A DNA stretch of 64,000 bases, from NCBI RefSeq assembly GCF_009914755.1, contig NC_060940.1; one strand, 5' to 3'. This document shows positions 20,526 to 43,621 of the stretch, one piece after another. The notes under the pieces are model-generated. The model searched no databases, was not told the DNA's origin, and saw only the letters and a list, made by a program, of their open reading frames with translations. This DNA is from the human T2T-CHM13v2.0 reference genome, Homo sapiens. Each line of letters opens with the position of its first letter. The stretch's first letter is position 1. Position numbers and translations under genes: made by a program.

Positions 20526-22429
20526 GCTCCACTCTGATGGTCAGTCACACAGCTTGCTGAAAGCAGAGGTCAGATTCTGACATGAAAGATGGGTCTGGAG
20601 GCTGTGGAGAAAAGGAGTGAGAAGTTAGCAAGCCTTTTATTTAGGTTGTCCTGCCAGTACCATGAAACTCCAAGGAAGACCAGGGGGAACAGAGCAGACA
20701 GAGAAACAGCAAGAGCTGGCACCTAATTACTATGCCATAGAGCATTTGGCCAATTACACACACATCTATTGTGTGGTGTGTGGTGTGTGTGGGTGTGTGT
20801 ATAGGTGTAGGTGTGTCTGCACACATGAATTCAGGCATTGTGTGGTACATGGTTCAGCAATTCCATGATTCCAGCCTCTGGAATCAGGCAGACCCTTTCA
20901 ACCCAGGCCTGTTCCCCAAAAGCTATGCAAGCTTGATTATTTTGATTTTGAGTCACTCATCTTGTGATTCTTTTATATATATCATTTTAAATACTATGAA
21001 TTTAATATAGTTTCTAAACAAACAGTTGTTCCTGCTTAGATTATTTTTTCTTCTTTTCTCTAAGCACACAAATAGTATATTTTTTCATTTTAAAAATTAT
21101 TTTCATTTTTATTTTTAGAGATGGGGTCTCACTGTGTTGCCCAGGCTGGTCTCAAACTCCTGAGCTCAAGTGGTCCTCCTGCCTTGGTTTCCCAAAGTCC
21201 TGGGATTACAGGGATAAGCCAGTGCACCTGGCCCATCTTAGATATTTAACTCTATTTTAAATGCTCAATGTAAAATTCAGCATATTTAATAGGCAGGTAT
21301 TTCCCTAATCCTTAATTTTTGGTGGAGATTACAATTGGGAGAATAAACCTTAAGCACATGATTTCCATGAATTATCTCAGCCTGAGAGTTAGATCAAGAC
21401 CTCCACATTTCATGATACGAATTTAACAAGTGAAATAGATTTATTTAACCCTTTCTCAAAGGGTCATTTTCAATCATGTAAAAAAAGTAATTGAGATTTT
21501 TTAAGTGGCATCTGTATGGCATTAGAGTGACAATCTACAGATAAAGCCAATGGCCTTCTAGTTTTGCTGTGAAATTAGCTGGGTGCTAGCAGTATTTTAT
21601 ATTGTGTTAAACAAATATACTCTGTGAAAGGTAAATAACGGAAAATGATTGCTTTGTACAAATAGCTGGTGGAAGTACATCTGTGGCCAACAATAGATAC
21701 TGTACAGACATTTCCTGTGTGTATAGCGATTTATGCAGCCATGTATACAACAAGCCAAAGGTAACAGAATGCAGATAATAGTATCTAAATTCGTTGGCCA
21801 ATAAGTGAAGAATCACATGGAAGATGGGAAAGAGATGAAAGTTTTGACCCTTTGCTCTCCTATATTTAATATTCCAATATTTTGGGTATATTAAAAAATT
21901 TCAAAAGAAGCACGAGTTACCTTTGTAATCAGGAAAAATAAAAGTTAATGATAAGTAACATTTTCAAGTCCTCATATTTGACCCTGCTGCATCGTCTAGG
22001 TTATTTTCTTTCTCTCTTTCCTTTTCACTGACACACTCAGTGAATCACCTCACCTACATCTTTTTACCATTCATTCTTTCTTTAATGTGGCACTCTGGCA
22101 TTTAAATGCTCACTATGTCTGGTACAACTCAAGTTTACTAATGACCCAGTACTGCCAAATTCTGTGACCTATTCCAGGGACAAAAAGGAGGCCAGTATGT
22201 TTGGGGCAGAGTGAGCAAAAGAGAGAGGAGGTGAGTTTGACAGGGTCAGCCCCGCAGCGGCCGTAACATCACATGGGCCAGTAAACAAAGTGGGTTTTAT
22301 TTTAAAAGCAGTTGGAAGTAATTAGAGCCGTGACTCAACCCTACTGGGCCCAGTGCTCCCTTGTCATAGCATTGTATAGTGTGCTTCTTGCTATCCTGAA
22401 ATGAAATGCTTAGATGATATAATATAACC

Positions 22430-24730
22430 TATTTATCAGTTACCTGATTGCTGTGTTGTACAGTAAACTACCTGAAAACTTCATGGCTTAAAATAACGAT
22501 TTATTATTTTTCATGACTCTGGGCCGACTGGGCAGTTCTGGTGCTCTCTCCTGGGGTCACTCATGTGACTGCGTTCAGCTGGTAACTGGGCTGGGTTGGA
22601 AGGTCCAATTCTATCTCACTCATGTGTCTGGGGCCCTGGTGCTGCCTGCTAGCTGGGGCACTTCGGTTCTCCTTCATGTGGCCTCTCATCCTCCAGTGGG
22701 CCAGCCCAGCTCCTTTACAGCGTGGTGGTCTCCAGCAGCTTTCCAAGAGGGTAAAAGCAAAAGTGCAAAGCCAAGACCTGGAACATGACTTCCACCAAGT
22801 TCTCTACTAAAAATACTAAGAATTAGCTAGGCCTGGTGGCATGTGCCTGTAATCCCAGCTGCTCGGGAGGCTGAGGCATGAGAATCACTTGAACCCAGGA
22901 GGCAGGGTTGCAGTGAGCAGAGATCCAGCTTGGGGGACAGAGTGAGACTATGTCTCAAAAAAAAAAAAAAAAAAAAGAGTCTAGCTTCATTTCTTTTTTT
23001 TTTTCTTTTAATTTTTGTGGGTACGTCGTAGATATATATATTTATTGGGTGCATGAGATGTTTTGCTTCAGGCATGCAATGCGAAATATCATGGAGAATG
23101 GGGTTTCCATCCCCTAAGTAACTGTGTTACAAACAATCCAATTACATAGACTTTTTTACTTATTTTAAAATGTACACTTAAGTTTTTATTGACTGTAGTT
23201 ACCCTGTTTTGCTATCAAATAGTAGGTCTTAGTTGTTGCCATTAACCATCCCCAACCTGACATTCATTCCTACTGTGTCTCATGGTGATAAGGCTGTGGG
23301 TGCTGAAAACATTTCCCATTGTGACTCTTAGAATTGCCGTCAGATCTAGTTTGTAAGCCATGCAAGAAAATCTTATTATAACTTTATAGTCAAGTTTCTT
23401 TTTTATTTTTAACAAAAGAGCATTGATCACTTCATTTCCCAAACTTGGCTACGAGTTGCTTTTGTTTCTAAAAATCAAAGTGATCCTCAAAGGACAAGGC
23501 TTTAAAAAGAAAGTCAGCAGGCTCTGACCTGAGGGTGACCCAATGGTTCTTTAACAAAGTGAAGGGCAGTGGCTTTGTGGCAGGATTTTCCTCCTCTGGT
23601 CTGAAGCTTTGTCCGCCGGCTTTGAGGGGCATGGCTTTATGCCAGATGGCTGTGGTAGCAGTCTTGACTAACTGCCAGATAGGGGGAACATTATCATTTG
23701 GCCATAAATTGCATTTCGATTATTATGTACTTTATCAGTTAACTTTTTTGCCATATAATAAACTACCTCAAAAGTTAGTGGCTTAAAATTACAAGCATTG
23801 GTCAGGCATCGTGGCTCATGGCTGTAATCCCAGCAATTTAAGAGGCCAAGGCAGAAGGATCATTGAGCTCAGGAGTTCAAGACCAGCTTGGGCAACATAG
23901 CAAGACCCCTATCTCTGCCAGCAAAAAATCATAACCATTTATTTAGCTCACTTTTTTGCAAGTTAGCAACTTGGGCTAGATTTAGCTGGGAGTTTCTTCT
24001 GGCCTTGGCTGGGTTCATTCATGTGTCTTTGGCAGCTACTGGATAGGCTAGATGCTGGCTGGTCTAGGATGGCCTCAGCTGGGATGAGCTGTTCCATGTG
24101 GTCTCTCATCCTCTATCAGATTAACCCTAGGTTGTTCATAGGGCAGCCAGGCAGGGTTGCTTCAATTCAATTAGACACGTCAAGGCCTCTTGAGCCTGAG
24201 GCTTGGAACTGACATAGTGTCACTTTCACACGTTAGATTGGCCAAAGCAAGTCACAAGGCCAGCCCAGATCCGAAGAGTTAGGAAATAGATTCCTTTTTT
24301 TTTTTTTTAAGTAAATGTGTGGGGTTTAAATACAATTTCATTACATGCATAGATTGCACAGTGGCAAAGTCAGAGCTTTAGGGTATCACCCAAATAACAC
24401 ACATTGTACCCAATAAGTAGTTTGTCATCATCACCCTCCTCCCACCCCTTCACCCTTCCGAGTCTTCACTGTCTGTCATTCCACTCTATCCATCTGTGTA
24501 TAGACAGGTTTTAGCACCCACTTATGAGTAAGAACATGCGATATTTGACTTTCTGTGTCTGGCTTGTTTCACTTAAGATAATGCCCCCCAGTTCCATCCA
24601 TGTTGCTGCAAAATACATGAGTTTGTTCCCTTTTATAGATTCCAATTCTTGATGGGAAGAGCTGTAAAGTCACACTGCAAAGTGCAGATACAGGAAGGGT
24701 GGAGAATGGTGGCCCTTTTTGCAACTTACC
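22430..24730 (-). mobile_element. MLT1 (H/J-like) LTR fragments interleaved with partial Alus/FLAM and antisense L1MA/L1PB 3' ends (about 23005-23260 and 24300-24640)
   Basis: MLT words ggcttaaaa..atttatt and ggccaaagcaagtcacaaggccagcccagat; L1 words cacttatgagtaagaacatgcgatatttgactttctgtgtctggcttgtttcacttaag. Confidence 0.65.
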
Positions 24731-24803
24731 GTATACACTGCGTTAGAAATAATATGGACCGGGTCACAGATGGCAGCTGTGACTGTTAGCTCCAGCCTGG
24801 TGA

Positions 24804-30256
<5,453 letters not shown>

Positions 30257-32703
30257 ATACCTGCTTTGGAATAGGTCCTTGGAACTAGGGGAATTGTGAT
30301 TTAGTGGCCTGTTAGGCATCCAAAGCCCATAGTTTTTGCTGGGGAAAGATGGATTCCTGAAAGGAACTCAGGGTGCTGTTACCAAAATAAGATGGAAGGG
30401 ATACTGAGCACGTATCTTGGTTAGGGTGCATTTTGTTGCAACTAGCAGGAAACTGACTTAAATAATACAGAGGATTTATTGGCTCAGGAAACTAGAAGGC
30501 CCCAAGGTAGAGAGGGAAGGCTTCAGGGTTGGTTTGATTCAGGAACTCTGTGATATAACTGAGGAGGACTTGGTTCTCTCCTGCCTCTCTGCTTGGCCTC
30601 TAGCAGAGTCAGCTTTATCCCGGGCTGGCTTCCTTTGGATTGGCAAAACAGCTGCGACCACTGCCTCGGCTTTGTATCCACCTACTACATCAAACAGAAG
30701 GGGGACAACAAACTCTTTCAGGAAAGCAAAGGAAATTAACTTCCCAGAAGCTCCAGCACACCTCCCCTGACATCTCATCACTCTGAAGTGGGTCACATGC
30801 CCATTCCTGATTCAGTGCATCCCTTTGGCCAGGATAAATGTGGACCAGATTGGCTCAGGTCTAGGTGGGGTGAGGTGGGATTATCTCACCTGCCTTATCA
30901 GGGTTCACACCTGGAGCTGAGACGGAGTTAACCATCTGCACCTACTGTCACTTACTACCCAGGTCAGGAGCTGCAGGGTGGCAGTTTGGGGGCATTTAAT
31001 AACCACACTGGGGCCGTGCCTTACTCATTTTCTTTATCTCTTGTGTTTAACACAGGGCGTGCACACAGTAAGTAAATGTTTGTTGAACAGAGTCAGACTG
31101 GAACAATGCACTTTGCTTAATTTGGAAAGAAATCAGTTTTGTGCATGAGTAAAACGATGGCTGAAAATAAATTTTATGTCAGCTTTAAATATGGATTAAA
31201 TGTGGACTCTGGGTAGAGGCCATAAGACCGCCTCTTCTCCTATCTTACTCCATGTAACGTAAAATTTTCCCTTTCGGCTTTTGGTTGCTTATCAAATTCC
31301 ATTACAGTGAAGACTATTGTAGACCATAGTTGGTATCAGGAAACTGTTTCTAACTCCTGACAAGTTCTTTGATGATCTCACGACACAAAAATTTGCTACT
31401 ACGAATAATTCTGTAAAATTACAGAATTTTTTTCTCTTTCTTTTTTTTTTCTTTTTACATTCCTTGCCCATCTCATAGTCATTCATTGTAGTTATTTTCC
31501 TTCTTATAATTAAAAACCTGAATATCCTTTTAAAAGTACAAGGGCTTTGGTCAGTGAGGGAAGAAACTCTATTTCCTGGTCTTGACCAATAAGGAAAATT
31601 AGTAATACCATCAGCTTTTGTTCGAAAAAATTTCTAAGGAGTGGAAACAATAGATTCTGGCAGGAAAGGTGTGGTAGAATTATTTTAGCATGATCCCTTT
31701 TCAGCCAAAACACTTTCTGAAATGACCCTGTGGCCTGGGCTGGAGGTCTTGGTCAATGTTATTAGTGCATTTTTTGAACTTCTTTAGAGAAGTATTATTT
31801 TTCTCTAATGAAATGCCTTCTCAATGGAAAAAAAAATGTGAATACCTGTTTGCAGTTTGCTATAAATATTTTGGCATCTGGTTATAGGCCAAGTGTATGC
31901 TTATTTCTGGGATCATAGTTACGGATGGTTTCATCGTGTATGGGAATTATCGGGTATCTGGAAATGTATTGTGGAAAATACGTGGGAAAGGAGGCTGTGA
32001 TGTTCTATGTGTATGCCACATCCACAGTCCTTAACTGCTGTTCTTTGTCCCTATTTTATCCATGTCTCCATCACCCTGAATACAAGTGATTGAACCAGGA
32101 ATATGGATCAGGCCCTTGGGCAGCCACTCTTAGATGGCAAATGACTGTGAAATGGTCCACCCAACAGAGATGGTCTCTCTTGGGAGTATCCAACTAGTCC
32201 TATCAGATTCTCCCATCTGGGGAGGTGGGATGTCACACTGCAGAGAGAACAGGCAGACTGTAGCGTAGGGAGAGGGGGACACCTAGAGACAACCTTAAAG
32301 GCAGAGAAAGGAGGACAGAGAATCAATTAGGAGAGAACAGCAGAGAAAGCAACAGCAAGCAATGAAAGGAGCCATGGCCAAGGAGCTGAGCTCCACATAA
32401 CTAGAACCGGAACCAGAACCGTTGTTGGATGACTGTAGCCTCACCTGTGCCCTGAACAGCCATAAGCAATGGTCCAGGTCTTCCTGAGACCTGGCTCTGC
32501 CACCAGCCAGAGAGATTCTCATTTTCCCCACCATTTCTTTTACCTTTACTGTGTCACTCCCTGTGGTAGAAGAGATTATACTTCAGAAATATTTTTGGCC
32601 TCTCCCTAATGGAGGTTTGACCATGTGACTGACTGCTTTGGTCAGCAAAATGGATGGGCATGACATATATCATTTCCAAACACATGCTGAAAGAGTCAAA
32701 ACA

Positions 32704-32992
<289 letters not shown>

Positions 32993-33250
32993 GGCAAAGC
33001 ATAGTTCACCATATTCTTTTGATTGGCCATAAGAGCTGGTGATATTTGAGATACAGGCTGCTCTGTCAGCCTGAGTCCTAGAGTAAAGACAGCATGGAGC
33101 AGAGAGCCACAGCTGATTGAAATGTTCATGTAACATGAGTGAAAAATAAACCATTGACAAGATAAGCCACTGAGACTTGAAGTTTAGTTATTATCACAGC
33201 AAAATCGAGCCGAATATGACTAAACAAACAAACAAGCCCAGTAACTGAGG

Positions 33251-33909
<659 letters not shown>

Positions 33910-34193
33910 TGAAGTAAATTGAGCATATTTCTATTCCTTGTAAGCCCAAAGAGTCTCAACCAACACAGTGCCGTAGCCAGCCACACTTCAGTCCCCTGAA
34001 CTCACAGCATGTGCTTTTGACTTTTCTAGGTGGAATTATATGAGTCATCTGATGCAGATTCAATTGCTTTTTAATGCTAGCTGTTTCTCTTCTCAGCCTT
34101 CAGTCCTCCAGTGTGTCTCTTCTACGTGCATCCAGTATAAAAATTGGTACAAAATACTGTCTGGATTGAACCGCTGTTAATTTCCTCATTTTC

Positions 34194-36935
<2,742 letters not shown>

Positions 36936-37330
36936 AAAAAATATATAATTTTTTAAAAAGACAATGAGAATGCTCAGAAAGGCTTGCTGGAGGCATCATG
37001 AAGGATAAATCGTGGTTAACTGATTGGAGAAGACAATAATAGTGCTAAAAAGTCTCTGTTTCAAATAATAAACAACCTAATGCAAACTGGCTTAAGTGCA
37101 AAAGAGAATATATTGGTTCTTATACCTGAAAGGTCCAGGGAATTTTGGCTTCAGTCATAGCTGGACCCAGGATCTAGTAGAGTATCATCAAGGATCTGCC
37201 ACTGTTTGTCTACCCAACAGCATCTCTCTTCTTCCTTGTTAATAGAGCCCCAAATTTGTTCACTCTCAGTGGAACTGCTTTGTCTTTCAGGAGCGGCTGG
37301 GCTTAATTCATTACATCTGTGACAATCCCG

Positions 37331-37484
37331 TTTCCAATACAGTCATATTCTGAGGGCTTGGGAGTTATACTTCAACATATGACTCTTGGGGTGATACAAT
37401 TCAACCCTTAACACTCTGCCTTTCCCTTCTCCATTTCTCTGATCTCCTGCTGGTCTCTCGTTAGCTGGACTGATCTGGAGGGTA
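37331..37484. repeat. Direct repeat, copy 1 (copy 2 at 38031-38180), flanking the MER41A LTR
   Basis: Both copies run tttccaata....ggggtgatacaattcaaccc....ctcctgctggt....atctggagggta. Confidence 0.85.
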
Positions 37485-38030
37485 TGTTATGGGAAAGGGG
37501 TCCTGATCCAGACCCCAAGAGAGTTCTTGGATCTTGTGCAAGAAAAAATTCAGGGCAAGTCCGTAAAGTGAAAGCAAGTTTATTAGGAAAGTGCAGGAAT
37601 AAAAGAATGCCTACTCCATAAACAGAGCAGCCCCGAGGGCTGCTGGCTGCCCATTTTTATGGTTATTTCTTGAGTATATGCTAAGCAAGGGGTGGATTAT
37701 TCATGCCTCCCATGTTTAGATGATCTAGGGTAACTTTCTGATGTTGCCATGGCATTTGTAAACTGTCATGGTGCTGCTGGGAGTGTAGCAGTGAGGATGC
37801 CCAGAGGTCACTCTTGTCGCCATCTTGGTTTTGGTGCGCTTTGACTGGCTTCTTTACTGCAACTGTTTCATCAGCAAGGTCTTTATGACCTATATGTTGT
37901 GCCAACCTCCTATCTCATCCTGTGACTTGGAATGCCTTAACCGTCTGGGAATGCAGCCCAATAGGTCTCAGCCTCATTTTACCCAGCCCCTATTCAAGAT
38001 GGAGTTGCTCTGGTTCACGTGCCTCTGACA
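37485..38030 (-). mobile_element. MER41A solo LTR (ERV1)
   Basis: Reverse complement starts TGTCAGAGGCACGTGAACCAGAGCAACTCCATCTTGAATAGGGGCTGGG and ends ..CCTTTCCCATAACA. The segment gggaggcatgaataatcc lacks the tandem STAT1/GAS insert typical of MER41B. Confidence 0.85.
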
Positions 38031-38180
38031 TTTCCAATAAGGTTACATTCCGAAGGGGTTATACTTCACCATATGAATTTTGGGGTGATACAATTCAACC
38101 CCTAATGTTCTTTTTTTCCCTCCTTCATCTCTCTGGTCTCCTGCTGGTACCACCCATAGGATGGACCTATCTGGAGGGTA
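38031..38180. repeat. Direct repeat, copy 2
   Basis: Aligns end to end with 37331-37484 at roughly 75-80% identity by eye. Confidence 0.85.
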
Positions 38181-39471
38181 CAGGAGCCTGGTTTATGTGA
38201 ACCATGAAAAGCAGCTTCCTGAGGTACAGAGCAGGCTAGGGAGGGTGGATCTGGATGGGCAAAGAGGATTTCCAGGACACTTTGTAGCATCTTTCTTCTT
38301 GGGAAGGATCTCTCCACATGGCAACGAACACCTCTAGACTGACTTGATTCTTAGCTCCTGCTATTTTAAAAGAAGACAGAGATTTTATCACCCGATTTCC
38401 ATAACAATTCTCTAAAAGAAGTTTACTGGTATTCTTTGGGTTACAAGAACAAACTTGAAATGGAAATAGAAGACAGGATATCTGGTGCTCCACCCCATTG
38501 GCAGGCTCAGCTTATCTTCTCCCCATTACTCTGGGATGTCTTTTCCCTTGTGGTTTACTAGGTATCTATCCCTTAGGGGCGCATTCAGCTGCCTGTATTG
38601 AAAACTCAAGAACAGTGGTAATAAAACGAATGAAGTTTATTTCTCCTTACACATTTAGATGTCCAGAGTAGGGCAGGCCCAGGCTGGTGCCGTGGCTTAA
38701 GGAAGTCAGCAAAGACACAGGCTCTTTCTATCCCCTGCTTCACCATCCTTAGCATGTGGCTTTGGGCCTCATGGCTAAAAGGGGCTGCTCCACTTCCAGC
38801 CCCACATCTGTGTTCCAGCCTAGAAGAAGTGAAATGAAACTTCAAGGAAGAAGGGGCAGCAGAAATCAGGAAAGCAGAATTTTCTCAGAGGTCCCTAGAA
38901 TATGTCTGGTTTTATCTCATCGGGCAGAACTGTATGACATAGCTGTCCCTTGCTACATGGGAGCCTGGGAAATGTAGATCTTTGGCTGAGTTGATTGCCA
39001 TTTGGAAGCAATCAAGTTTCTGTTAATAAGGTTGAAGTGGAGAGTGGACCGTGGGTGGAGAGCTAGCAGGGTCAGCCACACTGCTGGCGGCACCTGTGTG
39101 CGGGGTGTCTCGTGAAGGTGGCACTTAGACCCGAAGGACTGCTGCTCAGAGGATTTGAGTGGATTTGGGGTAAAGCAATATATACAGTTACTCAGAGAAT
39201 CACAGTCTAAATTTAAATAACAAAATCCTGCAATTCCAAAAGCATGTAGTAAGCCTCGATATGAGCACTGTCTTTTATTACTACCTAATGTCAGAAAATG
39301 TGCTTATTGAAAGAGGACTAAAGAAATGTCTTTGGAATTCTTTGCCCAAGTTACTGTTTGTTGATGTTCTTATAAATCTCATAAAGGATTCACGCGTATT
39401 TCATCTAACACAAGCAATCAATTAACCTCCCTTCCTTTTTCCTACTCAGACATGGGCAAAGTAAGAATATA

Positions 39472-40623
<1,152 letters not shown>

Positions 40624-40650
40624 TAATTTAATTATCTCTTCTCTCTTCAG

Positions 40651-40703
40651 AGGAAAAGAACCAAATTCATTGCCTGTGATTTTCTGACTGAGTGGTTATA
40701 CAA
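40651..40703 (+). CDS. IQCK: IQCK coding exon (53 nt; RKRTKFIACDFLTEWLY+AA)
   Basis: Acceptor tctcttctctcttcAG (40649-40650), donor AA|GTAAGT (40704). Phase 0 entry continues the frame of exon 12156-12253 across a 28.4-kb intron. Confidence 0.95.
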
Positions 40704-40837
40704 GTAAGTTGTTCGTGTCTGACTATTCAGTGATCCTAAGAATTCAGTCGTGTTAATTTGCAAGCAGAATAGCAACAACTGACTTGAATTCTTGCTTATT
40801 GTTTTCTTGTCAATCAAACATATGGCATCATGACCAG

Positions 40838-40915
40838 CCAAAATCCAAAGAGGGCAGGGGAGCCATTCACAGAATTTTTCTCCATTCCATTTGTGGAGGA
40901 GCGGCTAAAGCAACA
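40838..40915 (+). CDS. IQCK: IQCK coding exon (78 nt; (N)QNPKRAGEPFTEFFSIPFVEERLKQ+CA)
   Basis: Acceptor gaccAG (40836-40837), donor CA|GTGAGT (40916). AA+C gives Asn, keeping the frame across a 134-nt intron. Confidence 0.93.
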
Positions 40916-41450
40916 GTGAGTATGACACAAGGCTTTGAATAATTTATTCCTAATTTAAGATTGTGTTAATAATACTTTTCTTCCATCTAAGAGAACAAAC
41001 TGATGTGATCCATCCAGGACTCTGGGCCAGTCATATTTGTGACTCCTGTCTCTAGTTATTCTTAGCCTAGGCTAACCTTATCCTAATCAGGCCAGTAATT
41101 TCATTCAAGAAGCACTCCAGAAATAAAATAGAAAACTTAAAAAAAAAATTATTATCCTAAGTAATTTATCCCTCCATTCCCTTCATTTTTTTCCTGTCTC
41201 TCTGAATGTCATTATGTCTCAGGAAATATGACTAAGCTTTTCTAAATACTTAGAAAATACTAAAAAAGCTTAAATAATAAGTTACCTGCATCAATTCTCC
41301 ATTTTTAATATAATAAAGAACATGACAGATAAAATTAAAACTATTTGACCATTCTAATATGGGTGTCCTCCCCACATTGAAGTAATCACTTCAGTCTACA
41401 GTGCAGCCTTCCAGACCTCTTAGTTATTTAGCTATATAAAATCAGTTTAT

Positions 41451-41495
41451 GCTGCTCTGTCTATGGAGTAGCCATTATTTTATTCCTTTAATTTC
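41451..41495 (+). mobile_element. 45-bp orphan MER41-type LTR fragment
   Basis: gctgctctgtctatggagtagccattattttattcctttaatttc is homologous to the reverse complement of about 37587-37631 in the local MER41A. Confidence 0.75.
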
Positions 41496-41800
41496 TTTTT
41501 TTTTTTTTTTTGAGACGGAGTCTTGCTCTGTCACCCAGGCTGGAGTGCAGTGACGCGATCTTGGCTTACTGCAAGCTCCACCTCCCGGGTTCATGCCATT
41601 CTCTGTCTCAGCCTCCTGAGTAGCTGGGACTACAGGTGCCTGCCACCACACCTGGCTAATTTTTTTTTTTTTTTTGTATTTTTATTAGAGACGGGGTTTC
41701 ACCGTGTTGGCCGGGATGGTCTCGATCTCCTGACCTCGTGATCCGCCCACCTCAGCCTCCCAAAGTGCTGGGATTACAGGCGTGAGCCACCGTGCCCGGC
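41496..41800 (-). mobile_element. AluY, full length, antisense
   Basis: Y diagnostics; expanded T-linker; ends at the Alu 5' terminus gcccggc. Confidence 0.9.
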
Positions 41801-42050
<250 letters not shown>

Positions 42051-42058
42051 TTATATCT

Positions 42059-42373
<315 letters not shown>

Positions 42374-43369
42374 TCACATATTTTGCTTAAATCTTCCCTC
42401 TTTGAGAATACCAAGATGAATAGACCCTTGGCTGACTCTGGCAATTTTGAGAATTTTAAAAACCCCAGATATTAACCAGTTTTTTTTTAAATCTAAGATT
42501 ACACATTGAAAGGAGAGAAACATAGGAAAACCTTGTTTCTTATTTAGCTTTCAAACCTGTGCCTGATTTTATCCGCTATGAAATGTATAGCCCAAAATTT
42601 ATTGATTTACATATATTTTTCTAAGACAAGCTTCTTTGAGTATCATTCTCCAAGTTGCTGCTTTGCCTTGAAAAAAAATTTTCCATTTGTAATAACCAAT
42701 GAAAAATAACCTTAAAAATAAGATAACTTCTCTAATAAGAATCCTCTTAGCTTTATTTATTATACAAATACCTTAATTTTAAATGGTGCTGATGTCCACA
42801 GGAAGCTCATGTAAATATACTGTGAAGGAGCAGTAGCGGTCATTTCAGCTGCACTCCACAGGAACAGAAACACAAGAGCTCTTGCTTTAACGGGCATTTA
42901 TATTCTCTACATCCATGACCTTTCAAAGAGATGCCCAGATGCATGATAAAAATTAAAGTGATATTAATCTATTTGATGCAATGAATGTCTATCGAACACC
43001 TACCCAGTTCAACTGCACAGAGCTTGGTGCTGTGGAAAAAACAGAGATGAATAAAGTATGGCCCTGGCCCCTTGGGGTGGGGGGACATGTTTACAACTTG
43101 CTGTAGTTTCTGTAGTGAGTGTTGTAATTCAAATGTTAACAAAGCATTAAAGGGAAGTGGGGAAGCATGAGACCATCCACGTGCCCTTCCTGGTGGGCCT
43201 GGAGCCAGCCCAGCTGGGGCAGCGGCCAAGCTGGTTGGTGCCCAGATTTGGTCCAAGGCAAGAACTCAAATGCTGCATTCTTCTTGTCTCAAGTAGGAAT
43301 AGTCAGAGAAGCAAGCAGGAACCAAAGTTCTTAAGGAGAACAAGGGTGGGAGCCGGGAAATATCCAATC

Positions 43370-43591
43370 CAGGTTGTCTCAACCTTGGCACTATTGACAT
43401 TTAGGACTGGATAATTCTTTGCTGTAAGGAGCTGACCTGTGCATTGTAGGATGTTTTGCAGCATCTCTGGCCTCCACTCACTAGATGCCAGTAGCACCCT
43501 CCTACAGTTGTGACAATCAAGAATATCTCCAGACACTAGCGTATGTCCCCAAGGGGAATGAGGCAAAACTGCCTCTGGTTGAGAACCTCTG
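43370..43591. mobile_element. MER20 (hAT-Charlie MITE)
   Basis: cagg..tctcaaccttggcactattgacattt.gg.ctggataattcttt..ctagatgccagtagcac..ggttgagaacc.ctg. Confidence 0.82.
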
Positions 43592-43621
43592 ATTTAGTCC
43601 AGTAGTTTCAAAACTTTAAAG

